Part shown: positions 49,844 to 60,622 of the stretch, in pieces | Numbering within the stretch: the first letter of the stretch is position 1 | How the letters are laid out: every line of letters starts with the position of its first letter | Origin: Pirellulales bacterium | GTDB taxonomy: Bacteria > Planctomycetota > Planctomycetia > Pirellulales > JAICIG01 | Reading direction: 5' to 3' | DNA length: 64,000 bases | Assembly (NCBI GenBank): GCA_040901675.1 | Contig: JBBDYJ010000038.1 | Span: 201,376-265,375 of the forward strand | Made by a program: the position numbers and the translations under genes | Notes under the pieces: model-generated | Told to the model about the DNA's origin: nothing | Databases searched by the model: none | Seen by the model: only the letters and a program-made list of their open reading frames with translations

Positions 49844-50086
49844 TCAAGGCGTCCACATATCGCGAGTGAAGCGCTGGATCCCTTCGATACTCTCAATCTT
49901 CTTCACCAAGAACGGCTTCAGGCCGAACCTTTCATAGCCTGCCTGCAGTGCGTCCTCGTAGGTTTCCCAAATCCCGGCGATATCGCGCTGCGAAATGAGT
50001 ACGAACTTCCCTTCGCCCTTGGCAACGAGCTCGTCCTTGTGGGCTTCGTAAGTTTGCAATTCCGTTTTCAATACGTCCGTGGCCAT
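49844..50086 (-). CDS. Small hypothetical protein (DUF5678-like)
   Basis: GKFVLI...ETYEDALQAGYERFGLKPFLVKKI; GAGG RBS; lower GC. Confidence 0.7.
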   Translation of the reverse strand: MATDVLKTELQTYEAHKDELVAKGEGKFVLISQRDIAGIWETYEDALQAGYERFGLKPFLVKKIESIEGIQRFTRDMWTP

Positions 50087-50337
50087 GATTCGCCTCTTGG
50101 TAGTCCTGACGGTTCCAACCGGCTAACTCACTTCTACCTTATCGGCCTTTCCGAAGGCAAACCAAGCGTGCACCGCGCCCGCAATGCCGTTCTCGTCGGG
50201 CACGCGGTAAAATGAAGCGATGGCGAGACGGTGCCACAACTGCGGTCGGACGAACTGGCGGGAGCAGCCATACGAGCGCACCTGGGACGTGGCATGCCTT
50301 TGGTGCCGTCACCCGCTGTGGCTGTGGCCGGGACGCC

Positions 50338-51105
50338 TCAAGTCGGCCCCATCCGTAGCCCGCCGTCGAGCCGGATCACTTCGCCGTTGAGCATCGGGTT
50401 CTCGATGATCGCCTCAACCAGCAAGGCGAACTCTTCGGGCCGGCCGAGCCGGGGCGGAAACGGAACCTGCTTGGCCAGCGACTCGCGCACTTCGTCGCTC
50501 AAGCTCCCCATCAGCGGCGTGTCGAAGACGCCCGGCGCAATAGCCACGACTCGGATGCCGTGGCTGGCCAGCTCGCGGGCGATCGGCAGCGTCATCCCCG
50601 CCACGCCCGCTTTCGAAGCCGCGTAAGCCGCCTGGCCAATCTGGCCTTCATAAGCCGCCACCGACGAGGTCGTGATGATCACGCCCCGCTCGCCTTCGCT
50701 GTCCGGCGCACCGGCGGCCAGCGCGGCCGCCGCCAGCCTCAGCACGTTGAACGTGCCGGCGAGATTCACGTCAACGACCTGCCGGAACAGCGCCAGGTCG
50801 TGCGGCCCGGACCGGCCCAGCACCCGCGCGCCGGCCACCACCCCGGCGCAGTGGACGGCTCCCGCCAGGCCGCCCGGCATCGTCTGGGCCGCCGCGATGG
50901 CCCGCTCGACGGTTTCGCTCTCGGTGACGTCGGCCTCAACGAAGGTCGCGGCGTCGCCCAGTTCAGCAGCCAGTGCCTCGCCCAGTTGGACATTGCGATC
51001 GGCCACCACCACCCGCGCCCGCTGGTCGACCAGCCGCCGGGCGCAGGCCGCCCCAAGGCCCGAAGCGCCGCCGGTGACAAGGAATGTGCGGCCCTCGATT
51101 TGCAT
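50338..51105 (-). CDS. SDR family 3-hydroxyacyl-CoA dehydrogenase type II-like
   Basis: [31 protein letters not shown]. Confidence 0.92.
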   Translation of the reverse strand: MQIEGRTFLVTGGASGLGAACARRLVDQRARVVVADRNVQLGEALAAELGDAATFVEADVTESETVERAIAAAQTMPGGLAGAVHCAGVVAGARVLGRSGPHDLALFRQVVDVNLAGTFNVLRLAAAALAAGAPDSEGERGVIITTSSVAAYEGQIGQAAYAASKAGVAGMTLPIARELASHGIRVVAIAPGVFDTPLMGSLSDEVRESLAKQVPFPPRLGRPEEFALLVEAIIENPMLNGEVIRLDGGLRMGPT

Positions 51106-51444
51106 GGCTGCGCCGAGTAGATGGGTTCTCGCGGGTGGCGGCGCGACGCCGCGAACGGTTCACTGCGCCCCCAAGAATCGTTCTATCAAACCCGTTCCCC
51201 AGCCAACAGGCCGACCGGGTGGCCGCCCCAAGCGATGTTTCGCCAAAGCACTGTACGGCGCGGGATTTAGACGCTATACTTTGGGCGGTTGGTTCGTGAA
51301 CGAGTACGAGCTGGCGCCGGTTCCCGTGGAATCCGCACTCCGTTGCCGCTATCGAGCTTCCCACCTTTGGCCATGATGTTGGCCCTTTCTTTTGACCCGG
51401 AAAGCGAAAAGCGGGTCGTCACGCCCTCGTACAGGAGATCTACG

Positions 51445-51798
51445 GTGGGCAAGAAGTTGTATGTCGGGAATCTGAGCTATAACGTCAGCAGCTCCGATTT
51501 GGAACAAATGTTTTCCCAGTTCGGCAGCGTGCAAAGCGCTCAGGTCATTCAGGACCGCGACACCGGACGCAGCAAGGGCTTCGGTTTTGTGGAGATGGGC
51601 AACGACCAGGAGGCTCAAGCGGCCATCCGCGGCCTGCACGAGCAGGAACACGACGGCCGTCCGCTCACCGTCAACGAGGCCCGTCCGCGCGAGGAGCGTG
51701 GCGGCGGAGGAGGAGGATACGGCGGGGGTGGTGGCGGTCGCGGCGGCCGGGGCGGCGGGGGTGGTGGTCGCGGCGGCCGGGGCGGCGGGCGATACTAG
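51445..51798 (+). CDS. RRM RNA-binding protein with a Gly/RGG tail
   Basis: KLYVGNL (RNP2), KGFGFVEM (RNP1); AGGAG RBS, GTG start. Confidence 0.95.
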   Translation: MGKKLYVGNLSYNVSSSDLEQMFSQFGSVQSAQVIQDRDTGRSKGFGFVEMGNDQEAQAAIRGLHEQEHDGRPLTVNEARPREERGGGGGGYGGGGGGRGGRGGGGGGRGGRGGGRY

Positions 51799-52106
51799 TC
51801 GCCTGGATCGACAGCGGGTCAGGCGGCCGGCGGCCGGCTCTTGCCGAGCAGCGGGCCGTGGCCTCCGCTTATTGTCTTTGGAATTGTCGTAGAAAGCCGT
51901 CGGGGTCGCAGAAAGCCGCGGGCCCGAACGTCGCCCGTTGGGCGGCCACGCGCCGAAAACGTCTTGAAGGCCACGCAAGTGGCCTTCTTTTTTTGGCCGC
52001 GGCCCGCCGGGCGGTGGGTTGCACTTTGCCTTCGGCTGCCGAGGCAACCTATAATGGCAGCGCGGCCGGCTTCGGCGATCCACCACGCCCACGGAGACGT
52101 TCACCG

Positions 52107-52778
52107 ATGAAACTGGGACTTAGCTGTGCGCTCGTCGTCTTGTTGGCCTGGAACTCATGGTCGGTGGCCGCGGAGCATCGTGTCGAACGGCTCGAGTCGC
52201 CTCCTCCGGAGGGAATCGCACCGGCCATCGCCGAGCAGCTTGCCTCGACCGGCTTCAAGGTGCTGCGGGGAGAGAATCGGACCGTTTGCGAGATCTGGCC
52301 GGCCAAGCAGTGGCCCGTCAAGGCCGACTTCAGTCCGTCCGGCACGGTGCTGTACCCGTTCGAGATGGGGCAGTTGATGGGCGCCATCCGCTATCCGCGC
52401 AAGGGCGAGGACTTCCGGGGGCAGGAAATCGCCTCCGGCGTCTACATCTTGCGGTACGCTCAGCAGCCGGTCGACGGCAACCACGTCGGCACCTCGGACA
52501 CCCGCGATTTTCTGCTGCTGCTGCCGGCCGAAGACGATACCAGCCCGGCGCCCGTGGCCAAGGACGAGCTGTTCGAGTTGAGCGCCAAAGCGGCCGGCAC
52601 CACGCATCCGGCCATGCTGAGCCTGTTGGCGGCCGGGGAGGGCGAGTCGCTGCCGGCCATGACCCACAACATGGATCGCGACTTGTGGAGCCTGCGGTTT
52701 GCCAACCAGACCGACGCCGAAGGCCAAGAGAGCAAGTTGGTGATCGAGCTGGTGGTCGTGGGCACCGCACCCGAATAG
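52107..52778 (+). CDS. Exported hypothetical protein
   Basis: Signal peptide; GVYILRYAQQPVDGNHVG, GTTHPA; TATAAT at about 52050. Confidence 0.8.
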   Translation: MKLGLSCALVVLLAWNSWSVAAEHRVERLESPPPEGIAPAIAEQLASTGFKVLRGENRTVCEIWPAKQWPVKADFSPSGTVLYPFEMGQLMGAIRYPRKGEDFRGQEIASGVYILRYAQQPVDGNHVGTSDTRDFLLLLPAEDDTSPAPVAKDELFELSAKAAGTTHPAMLSLLAAGEGESLPAMTHNMDRDLWSLRFANQTDAEGQESKLVIELVVVGTAPE

Positions 52779-52791
52779 AACGATCCTACCG

Positions 52792-53424
52792 ATGCATCGG
52801 CCCTTCACCGGTTTGGCACTGTTGGCCCTGGGGTGCGGCCTGGCGATGGCAGCCCAGCCCGCCGGCGCCCCTTCCGACGCGCCAACAGCGCGGGCGACCG
52901 AACCGCGAGCCGCGTCCGGCTCAAAGGGCACGTCTTCCAAAGGCAGCGCTTCCAAGAGCAGGGCAAAGTACAGCACCGTAGCGATCCGCGGGCGAGTCGT
53001 CTGGCTGGCCGACGCCCTGCGCGAGCGCTTCGGGGTTGCAACCGACGCCGACGCCCAGAAAGCGGCCGTCGCGCTCGAGACCCCCGAAGGGGAACTCCAC
53101 CCGATCGTCAAGGATTTTCGCGGGCGAGGCTTTCACCTCGATCCGCAACTACACGAGCTGGACCTCGAGTTGCTGGTGCGCCGCTACCACGGTTCGCCCA
53201 TGGTCCAGGTGGTCAGGGTCTATTCGTTGAAGCCCGACGGCAAATGCGAGCTCGACTACTGGTGCGACATCTGCTCGATCCCGATGTACGAGCTCAAGGA
53301 GTGCGAGTGCTGCCAGGGCCCGATCCGTCTTCGCGAGCGTCCCGTTGACGCCGGCAAGAATTCAGATCACGATGGGCCGGATCATGATGGGCCGCAACCC
53401 GGCTCAGCGAGCGACGGCCGTTGA
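52792..53424 (+). CDS. Exported protein with a C-terminal Cys cluster (CxxC-x9-CxCC)
   Basis: Signal peptide; [22 protein letters not shown]. Confidence 0.8.
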   Translation: MHRPFTGLALLALGCGLAMAAQPAGAPSDAPTARATEPRAASGSKGTSSKGSASKSRAKYSTVAIRGRVVWLADALRERFGVATDADAQKAAVALETPEGELHPIVKDFRGRGFHLDPQLHELDLELLVRRYHGSPMVQVVRVYSLKPDGKCELDYWCDICSIPMYELKECECCQGPIRLRERPVDAGKNSDHDGPDHDGPQPGSASDGR

Positions 53425-53465
53425 GCCGGCCCCTTGAAAGCACTTCTGCAAAGGACAATCAACAG

Positions 53466-54095
53466 ATGCCACCGGCCCAAACCGTCCCGGTGCCCGAGAT
53501 CGGCCTGGTCGGAGACCTGACCGACAACGAGTGCGACCTGACCGAGCGGCTGCTCGACGTGCCGGCGGGCGGCCAATGCATCTTTTACATCGACTCGCCC
53601 GGCGGCAGCCCGTATACGGGCATGTCGTTGATGTCGCTGGTGCTGCTCCGCGGCCTGCGGGCGACCGGCGTGGTCACCGGCGAGTGTTCGTCGGCTGCGC
53701 TGTGGCTGCTGGGTGCCTGCACGCGCCGCATTGTCACCCCCTGCAGCGTGCTGTTGTTTCACCCCATGAAGTGGCAGAGCGAGGAGCACGTCCGGCTGGC
53801 CGAGGCCGCCGAGTGGGCCCGCCATTTCGGCCAGCTCGAAACGCAGATGGACGAACTGCTGGCCCGTCTCTTCGGCATCCCCTTCGACCGGATGGCCCGC
53901 TGGATGGAGCCCGGCCGATATGTTTCGGGCCGCGAGCTGGCCGAAGCCGGCCTTGCCGAGCTGGTCGAGCTCAAGCCGCTGGAGCTGTTTTCTCACAACG
54001 GCGCCCCCCGCCCCCGCCGCCGGGATACGGAGCGAAGGGGCGATCGGGTGAAGGGGAGAAGGCGGGAGACGAAGACGCGCTTGGCCGATGGCTGA
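53466..54095 (+). CDS. ClpP-like serine protease subunit
   Basis: YIDSPGG, GECSSAA (catalytic Ser position), LLFHP, EAGL. Confidence 0.8.
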   Translation: MPPAQTVPVPEIGLVGDLTDNECDLTERLLDVPAGGQCIFYIDSPGGSPYTGMSLMSLVLLRGLRATGVVTGECSSAALWLLGACTRRIVTPCSVLLFHPMKWQSEEHVRLAEAAEWARHFGQLETQMDELLARLFGIPFDRMARWMEPGRYVSGRELAEAGLAELVELKPLELFSHNGAPRPRRRDTERRGDRVKGRRRETKTRLADG

Positions 54096-54182
54096 CCGCC
54101 GAAAACTGACGGCCCGTCCGCCGTTCGCTCGGCAGCCTCCAGCACCCTTCTGCCTTCATCCTTCTGCCTTCTGCCTTTCCCC

Positions 54183-55244
54183 TCATCCTCCCCGGTAACC
54201 GTCGTGGCAGGTGTTGCACGCCTGGTTCAGCCGGCCGGCGGCGGCCTGGGCTCGCTGGAAGCTGTCGGCCTGGACTGCCTCCACAATTTCGCGGGCCTGC
54301 TGCTCCAGCTCGCGGGCATACTCCGAGTACGTCTCGTCGTCGCCATACTCGAAGCTGGGGTCCTGGATCACCCGCGCGATCACCGCCACCAGCTCGGCCT
54401 CTTTCACGAGCTGGGCCCGGTTCTTGGAAAACTCGCCCCGGTCCGCCGTCCAGGCCTTGAGGGGCTGGCTGTAACCTTCGACTCCCATCCGCGCCATCAG
54501 CGGCGGGCGGTTCACCACGTCGGCCCATTTGGCTTCGGCGTCGGCCTTGGGAAGCTCGATCTTGCCGCCGGCGACCAGCTCGGCCAGATCATCGCTTCGC
54601 ATCTTGGCCTCTTTGTACGAGTTGTCGGTCCCCACTTTGCAATTGGCCGCTGCCCGCGCATACAAGGTTCGCAGCTCCAGGGCGTCTTTCTTCCAGCGCA
54701 CGTCGCCGTCGTACTGGGCGATCACGCCGAACAGCATGGCCGCCACGCTGTAGTTCTGCCGGGCCTGCTTGTTGCCTCCCCCCTTGAACCCGCTGGGCGA
54801 GCGGGTCACCTCGGCCGAGCCGGCCACCAGGCCCTTGATCGCGTCCTCGATCGTGGTTGCCGAGACTAACTTCGACCAGCCCAGCGCGCTGGCGGCGGCC
54901 GTGTCGTCGGCGGTGGCATCGGAGGGATCGCTTATCACGGAGGCGGTCTCAGGTGACGACGTGGTCAAACCTGGTCCCCCTGGCCCCAGCTTTTCGCGGG
55001 CATCGGCAAAGAACAATTCCAGGACCGACTCGTCCCACTTTGGCGGCGGCGCGGTCGGAAATCTTCCTTTTCTGCCCGCTCGCCCGCGCGCTGGCGGCGC
55101 GGCCTGCCTCTCAGGTGCGGCCCTCGACCTGGCCGCCTTCGTCGCCGGTTGGCCTTCGTCGGCCGCAGCCCCTATCGCGCCTCCCGAGACGGCCAATGCC
55201 GATGCCATCAGCACAAGCAGCATCCCGCAGACTATTCTCCGCAT
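54183..55244 (-). CDS. Exported cytochrome c'-type protein
   Basis: Signal peptide; C-terminal CNTCH heme motif after a helical region. Confidence 0.82.
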   Translation of the reverse strand: MRRIVCGMLLVLMASALAVSGGAIGAAADEGQPATKAARSRAAPERQAAPPARGRAGRKGRFPTAPPPKWDESVLELFFADAREKLGPGGPGLTTSSPETASVISDPSDATADDTAAASALGWSKLVSATTIEDAIKGLVAGSAEVTRSPSGFKGGGNKQARQNYSVAAMLFGVIAQYDGDVRWKKDALELRTLYARAAANCKVGTDNSYKEAKMRSDDLAELVAGGKIELPKADAEAKWADVVNRPPLMARMGVEGYSQPLKAWTADRGEFSKNRAQLVKEAELVAVIARVIQDPSFEYGDDETYSEYARELEQQAREIVEAVQADSFQRAQAAAGRLNQACNTCHDGYRGG

Positions 55245-55380
55245 CGTTGGCCTTTCCCTTTCCACCTTGGCTTGAGCTGGGCCAATTGATTATTTCTACC
55301 TTGAGACACGCGCCGATGTCGAGCGGACCGGCCGATCCGCACTTCCCATACTAGCCTGAGTCGGTCGATGAGCGGTCCGT

Positions 55381-55496
55381 CCGCCCCGAAGGGGCCGCAA
55401 CATACTAGCCCAGGGCGACGCCCTCGTTCGGTAGAACGAGGCGGACGCCCTGGGTTCACGGCAACCCACGCATGCCAAGCCCTGAAAGGGCGACAC
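55381..55496 (+). repeat. REP-like palindromic element (GCCCCGAAGGGGC...AGCCCAGGGC...GCCCTGAAAGGGC)
   Basis: Nested hairpins typical of RAYT/IS200-associated repeats. Confidence 0.65.
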
Positions 55497-55618
55497 AAAC
55501 CAGCGCCGCCCCCGACTGTTTTGCCCTTTCAGATGGAACGGTTGATGTCAATAGGCGTCGGGCGTGAACCTCCGAGCCGAGACCGCTCGAGTGCCGGTGA
55601 CGATGGCAACGCAGCTTG

Positions 55619-55903
55619 CTAATGCCGCGGACGCACCTTGACCAGGCCGTCGTGATTCAGCAAGAGCCAATGGTGTTCCCACCGGGCGTCCTTCTTTTTG
55701 AAGCGGAACTGAATCCACGGGCAGCCCCCTTCATCAATCTCGCAGATGCGCAACGACCTTTGACGCGCGATCAGTCGCCGGTACGCTCGCAGCGTGTCGC
55801 GATGGATCAAGTATTCCTTCTGGGAGAACTCCGTTGGCATGTGTACAAGGCGGATTCTATCCCCGACCTTGAGGCTGCGCCATAGCTCCGGGTCTGTTTC
55901 CAT
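55619..55903 (-). CDS. Small hypothetical protein, possibly leaderless
   Basis: 94-aa ORF, lower GC; TATAAT lies 6 nt before the ATG. Confidence 0.6.
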   Translation of the reverse strand: METDPELWRSLKVGDRIRLVHMPTEFSQKEYLIHRDTLRAYRRLIARQRSLRICEIDEGGCPWIQFRFKKKDARWEHHWLLLNHDGLVKVRPRH

Positions 55904-55922
55904 GGCTCGATTATAGCTTGTG

Positions 55923-56555
55923 TCACAGCTCGCCGGGGTTCGCGGTCCGCTCGCATTGGGCTTGTTGCAAGTGACTGGTCTGGTTCAGCGTCAGCAGCTT
56001 GACGTCGCTCGACCAGCTCAGAACGCTGATCGAGGCGTTATACAGCGAGAAAGGATTCAACTCCGCCGGTATTTGCAACAAGACCTTGAACGCCGCCGCC
56101 AACAGCCCACCGTGCGCGACAACCGCCGCCCGCGCGTGGCCGGCCTCGCGGATGGCGTCAAAAGCCTCCTCGGCCCGCCGCATCAGGTCGCGCCGCGATT
56201 CGCCCCGCGGAATGCAAAAGTCGGGATCGTGCGAGGCCCAACGGGCCGCTTCCTCCGGATGACGCTCGCTCAGCTCCGACCGCAGCAGTCCCTGGAAGAC
56301 GCCGACGTTGATCTCCATCAGCCGCTCGTCGGTGATCACCGGCAGCTTCAAGGTTTCGGCCAGCGGCAGCGCCGTCTGGTAGGCCCGCGCCAGTGGGCTG
56401 GAATAGACCGCCTCGATCCCTCGGTCGGCCAGCGCGGCGGCCACGGCTTGGCTCTGCCGTACCCCCAGCGGCGACAGCGGCACGTCGGATTGACCTTGCA
56501 GCCGCCCCTCGATGTTGTACGAGCTCTCGCCGTGCCGCACGCAGTACAGAATCAT
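55923..56555 (-). CDS. Histidine phosphatase (phosphoglycerate mutase family)
   Basis: VRHGES, SSPLARAYQTA, GES, VAHGG. Confidence 0.93.
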   Translation of the reverse strand: MILYCVRHGESSYNIEGRLQGQSDVPLSPLGVRQSQAVAAALADRGIEAVYSSPLARAYQTALPLAETLKLPVITDERLMEINVGVFQGLLRSELSERHPEEAARWASHDPDFCIPRGESRRDLMRRAEEAFDAIREAGHARAAVVAHGGLLAAAFKVLLQIPAELNPFSLYNASISVLSWSSDVKLLTLNQTSHLQQAQCERTANPGEL

Positions 56556-56996
56556 CTAGCTGAACATACCCTTGAATCCCACGGCTTCAAAGGCGTGCTC
56601 GAAGTGCTCGATGCTCGGCCGGGACTGGCCCTCCGGCCAGGTCACCGCCACAATGTCGAACCGCGCCGGATACTCCAACAGGCCGTGACGCTTCAAGAAC
56701 GACAAGGCCAGGCGGGTCAACCGCCGCTGCTTGTCGTCGTCGACCGCCTCGCCCGGGTTGCCGGCGGCCTGCGATTGGCGCGTCTTGACCTCGACAAAGA
56801 CCACCGTCCTTTTCTTGACCGCCACCAGGTCCAGCTCGCCCAACTGCCCCCGGTCGCCCTGCGCTACGATCCGGTATCCCCGCCGCCGCAGATAGCGGGC
56901 GGCGGCCGCTTCGCCCCGTTGGCCCAAGGGCGGACTTGGAAACCACTCCCGCAGCCGGTTCTTGACTACCTGCGACCAGCCGGCGAGCATCTTCAT
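56556..56996 (-). CDS. yraN: YraN (UPF0102) family protein
   Basis: GQRGEAAAARYL, GELDLVA, VFVEVKTR, RFDIVAV. Confidence 0.92.
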   Translation of the reverse strand: MKMLAGWSQVVKNRLREWFPSPPLGQRGEAAAARYLRRRGYRIVAQGDRGQLGELDLVAVKKRTVVFVEVKTRQSQAAGNPGEAVDDDKQRRLTRLALSFLKRHGLLEYPARFDIVAVTWPEGQSRPSIEHFEHAFEAVGFKGMFS

Positions 56997-57038
56997 GAGC
57001 CCTCAAACTGAACTGGTGACGCGGTGCCTTGCTCCGGC

Positions 57039-58430
57039 TCAGTTCTCGCTCGGCTGTTCGATTCCGGCGGCACCGGGCTTTGCCGCTGTAATCAAGTGCG
57101 CAATGTTCTCTTCCAGATTGCCGGCGGTGTCGAATCGCAAGACCCCCTCGCGATCGATCACGAGGACCCGTGGAATCCCCGTGATCCCGGATGCATCCGC
57201 CCATAGTTGGCGCGTCTCCTTTTCAGTCGGCACGATGACTTGCGACCAGGTAAGGCCTTCAGTCTTCACGACCCTCCTCACCGAGTCCAGGTCTTCGTCC
57301 AAGCTGATGCCAATGATCTCCAGGCCATCGCGATGCCACTTCTCATGGCATCGCTTCAACTCCGGCATAAGTGCCATGCAGGGCGAACACCAGGTGGCCC
57401 AACAGTCGATGACCACCACCTTCCCCATCAGGTCCGCCGAACGCACAATGCGGCCATCCAGCATCGTCAGGGTAAAGGGATATGTTTTCCCGACTTCAGG
57501 CCAGGCCAGCACTTCCAGGCCGGCGTCTCGCGCCCGCATGTGGGCGGCCTCCGCGGCGAGGCGGCGGGATTCGTCGGTGGCGGCTTCGACGCCAATCAGG
57601 GCCACCTTGCTGGCCGGCAGCTTCTCCGGATCCATTCGCCAGCGGCGCAAGACCACACCGGGCGCGCCGCTTCGGCTGCTTAGGCCGCCACCGGGGTGCA
57701 CCTTGGGCAAGTACCGCTTGTTATCGGCGTCCAGGAATACGGGATAATAGTCTGGGGGATTCGTTCCCTCAGGAAAGCCATAGGCCATGGTAAACAGCGC
57801 GGCACCGTCGGCATCAGTCTCAAACACAGAGACGATACCCATGAAACAGTTCGTCATTGCTAGACCTGTCGGCTCGATCATCCAGAAGCAACCGCTAGCA
57901 TTAGCATAACGTTGGACAAGCTCCGCCGGTTCCCGGCTGACCCGCCTGAGGAGCCAGGGCGTGCCCGCTTTGTCCGGAAACTCCACCGGCCGCTCGCCGC
58001 CCATGCTGAAGAAGATCCTTAGAGCGTCCCCCTTTAGTTCATAAATCCCCAGCCAGGTGCCGGACTTCAAGCTTGATAGATCAATCGATTTAGGGCTCTT
58101 GGTCGGGTCCAGCTCGACTACCCACTCATCTTCGACATACTGCCCGTCGTTCGACTTGATCAGCTTGTCGCCCACAATCGCCCAGGTGAGCGTTTCCTCC
58201 CGCGGAGGCTGCACCTTGCCGCCGATCATCGTCATTACGGTCACCGAGCTTTCCCAGGTACCCTGCATGCGTGCCCGCTCACGTTCAAGATTCCTGGGCC
58301 TCGATGCCTTATCGGCGTTCCTGGTAGCCGGCTCCTGGGCAGGCGCGAGGTGCACCGTTGTGCCCAAGACGCATGCAGCTACGATGATCAACTCCACCGC
58401 TCGAACACGCCTGACGAGATCCCGGCACAT
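57039..58430 (-). CDS. Exported TIGR03067-like domain plus TlpA thioredoxin fusion
   Basis: MQGTW...LDPTKSPKSIDL...GIYELKGDAL; C-terminal DCWATWCSPC, GISLD, GIP. Confidence 0.82.
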   Translation of the reverse strand: MCRDLVRRVRAVELIIVAACVLGTTVHLAPAQEPATRNADKASRPRNLERERARMQGTWESSVTVMTMIGGKVQPPREETLTWAIVGDKLIKSNDGQYVEDEWVVELDPTKSPKSIDLSSLKSGTWLGIYELKGDALRIFFSMGGERPVEFPDKAGTPWLLRRVSREPAELVQRYANASGCFWMIEPTGLAMTNCFMGIVSVFETDADGAALFTMAYGFPEGTNPPDYYPVFLDADNKRYLPKVHPGGGLSSRSGAPGVVLRRWRMDPEKLPASKVALIGVEAATDESRRLAAEAAHMRARDAGLEVLAWPEVGKTYPFTLTMLDGRIVRSADLMGKVVVIDCWATWCSPCMALMPELKRCHEKWHRDGLEIIGISLDEDLDSVRRVVKTEGLTWSQVIVPTEKETRQLWADASGITGIPRVLVIDREGVLRFDTAGNLEENIAHLITAAKPGAAGIEQPSEN

Positions 58431-58490
58431 GAGTGAGCCTGCCTTCCGGTTCTAGCAGCCCGTTGGGTGTAACCCGCGGGCCCATTCGCC

Positions 58491-60404
58491 CTAATGGTTC
58501 AATATGAACTCGCTGGAGTTCAACAGCGCCCACCAGAGATCTTGCAAGGCGGCCGTCAGGTCGCCGCCGCGGGCGGCCAGCAGGCTGCCGGCAATCTTCA
58601 TTTCGTTGCCGGTCGGCTTGCGGGCCAGGGCGGCCATGTAGAGGTGGTCGACGCGGGCCGGGTTCTTCAGCTTGCCCGTGGCGATCTTGTGCAAAAACGA
58701 ACCCGGCTCGGCACTGGTGGCCCGCTGGATCATCTCGCCGTTGAACATCATCAGCGCCTGCGGGATCGTGCCGTTGAACGTCGTCGTTTCGTCCCCCTCG
58801 TCCGTGCCGAAGGCCAGCGTGAACTGGCTCAGCCATTGGGCCTTGGTCCGTTCCTGCTCCTCGTAACCGCCCTGCGTCTTGTGCGCTTCGGTGGCCACCA
58901 GCAGCGACTCGTACAACTGCTCGGCCTGCATCTGCCGGATGTAAAAGTGGCTGAACAACGGCTTCACGCCCAGGCTCGGATCGTCCCCCTTGTTCTTGGC
59001 CAGGCGGCCGCCGAACTTGCTCGAGAGCGAGTAGGGCTCGCTGAGCACGATCCAGCGCATCAGCCGCCGCAGGTCGTGGCCTCCGGCGGCGAACTGTTTG
59101 CCCAGCCGATCCAGCAGCTCCGGGTGCGACGGCCCATTGTGCGGTCCCAGGTCGTCGATCGGCTTGGTGAAGCCGTAGCCCAGAAAATGCGCCCACGTGC
59201 GGTTCACGATCGCCTTGCCCAAGTATTCCGAGCCGATCGTCAAACGGGCCAGTTCCTCGCGGCGGTTCACCTCGTCGGCGTGGCCGCTGGGATTGATCCG
59301 CGTGCCGTCGACGAACGTGGGATACGCCACTTCCATCGTGCCGTTGCGCAGCTCGTAATAGATCTCCGCCTCGCGGGGATCGGATGGATTTCCCTCGCCG
59401 GCAAAATCCTCGTTGTCCAAGCGGACCGATGCCACCTGGCGGCCCTGCATCCGCCGCAAAGCTTTCGTCTGGCGGAAGAAGGCGTTCATGCCCCAGAACT
59501 GATCCTGCTTCCACTCGTTGAAGGGGTGGTTGTGGCACTGCGTACACTGCACTTGCAGGCCCAGGAAATAACGGGCCGTCTTGGCGGTGGCCGTGGCCGC
59601 GTTTTCCTGCAGGTTGTCCAGCAAGAAGTTCACTGCCCCGTTGTAGTCCTGCTCGCCCGGCTTGTTCGAGCCGGTCGCCGAGATCAATTCGTAGACCAGC
59701 TTGTCGTACGGCTTGTTCTCGACAAACGAGCGGCGCAGATACTGCTGCATCCCTTCGCGATCGACCAGGTCTCGCTGTTCTTCGCGGTCCGGCTTGGGAC
59801 GCCCGATCAGGATGTTCGTCCAGATCGTGGTCCAGTTGCGGGCGTACTCCTCGACGTACTCGTCCGAGCTCAACAGCCGGTCAACCAGGTCGGCCCGCCT
59901 GCTGCGCGACCGGTCGGACAAGAACTTCTCCAACTCGCCGACCGTCGGGATGCGCCCCAGCACGTCGAGATACACGCGGCGGCACCACTCGTTGTCCGGC
60001 GCCTCCGGCGAAGGGGTCACCCCCGCGTCGGACCAGCCTTTGCGAATCTGCTCGTTGATGTAGGCGATGATCTCGTCGTCGCCGGCGGCGCTATGGACCT
60101 GGTCGCCGGCGGAGGCCTGCTGTGCGGCGGCCTTGCTCTTCGCCGTCCCCGCCGCGGGCGAGCGGGCCGAGTCGCCCGTGGGCCGGCTGGCATTGGAATC
60201 GGCGGCCGTCGCCTTCGCGGCGCGAGCCGTCTGTGCGGCGACAGGCCTGTCGGCCGCGGTCGCCAGCAGGCAACCGGCCAGGGCGATCAAGGCCGCCTGG
60301 CCTGCCTGCGTCGGCTCGATCCGCCGCCGTGGCAGGTGTGGCGACCGGTCGGGCATCCCGCCGGCTGAAAACCTGAAAAGCCGCGCAAGCGTGGTGCTGG
60401 TCAT
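58491..60404 (-). CDS. DUF1549/DUF1553 domain protein
   Basis: RRVYLDVLGRIPT, LGLQVQCTQCHNHPF, VNRTWAHFLGYG, PSHPELLDRL, ALLNSSEFILNH. Confidence 0.93.
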   Translation of the reverse strand: MTSTTLARLFRFSAGGMPDRSPHLPRRRIEPTQAGQAALIALAGCLLATAADRPVAAQTARAAKATAADSNASRPTGDSARSPAAGTAKSKAAAQQASAGDQVHSAAGDDEIIAYINEQIRKGWSDAGVTPSPEAPDNEWCRRVYLDVLGRIPTVGELEKFLSDRSRSRRADLVDRLLSSDEYVEEYARNWTTIWTNILIGRPKPDREEQRDLVDREGMQQYLRRSFVENKPYDKLVYELISATGSNKPGEQDYNGAVNFLLDNLQENAATATAKTARYFLGLQVQCTQCHNHPFNEWKQDQFWGMNAFFRQTKALRRMQGRQVASVRLDNEDFAGEGNPSDPREAEIYYELRNGTMEVAYPTFVDGTRINPSGHADEVNRREELARLTIGSEYLGKAIVNRTWAHFLGYGFTKPIDDLGPHNGPSHPELLDRLGKQFAAGGHDLRRLMRWIVLSEPYSLSSKFGGRLAKNKGDDPSLGVKPLFSHFYIRQMQAEQLYESLLVATEAHKTQGGYEEQERTKAQWLSQFTLAFGTDEGDETTTFNGTIPQALMMFNGEMIQRATSAEPGSFLHKIATGKLKNPARVDHLYMAALARKPTGNEMKIAGSLLAARGGDLTAALQDLWWALLNSSEFILNH

Positions 60405-60467
60405 GGCTGGTTCTCGCTTTTTTTCGACGCCTTCTGCGTGCTTCGGCCTTGGGACCCGGCCGGATCC

Positions 60468-60495
60468 ATGATAAAACTCGCGACTGGCAAGTCAA
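60468..60495 (-). promoter_or_regulatory. sigma70 promoter for 60404
   Basis: TTGACT-16 nt-TATCAT on the minus strand. Confidence 0.45.
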
Positions 60496-60622
60496 TCAAA
60501 AAGCGTTACCAGCAAAGCAATAACGGGCTGTCGCCCGGTCCCTGCGCGGCCGCTGTGACGCGGCGGAAAAAAACTTCAAAAAAACCAGTTAACTTTTCCG
60601 GTCACCGAGCGAAAATAGGGCC

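Noticed and set aside
51280..51444. Structured leader of the RRM gene
   Set aside because: Only a short GACCCG/CGGGTC stem is visible, which is not enough to call an RNA element.
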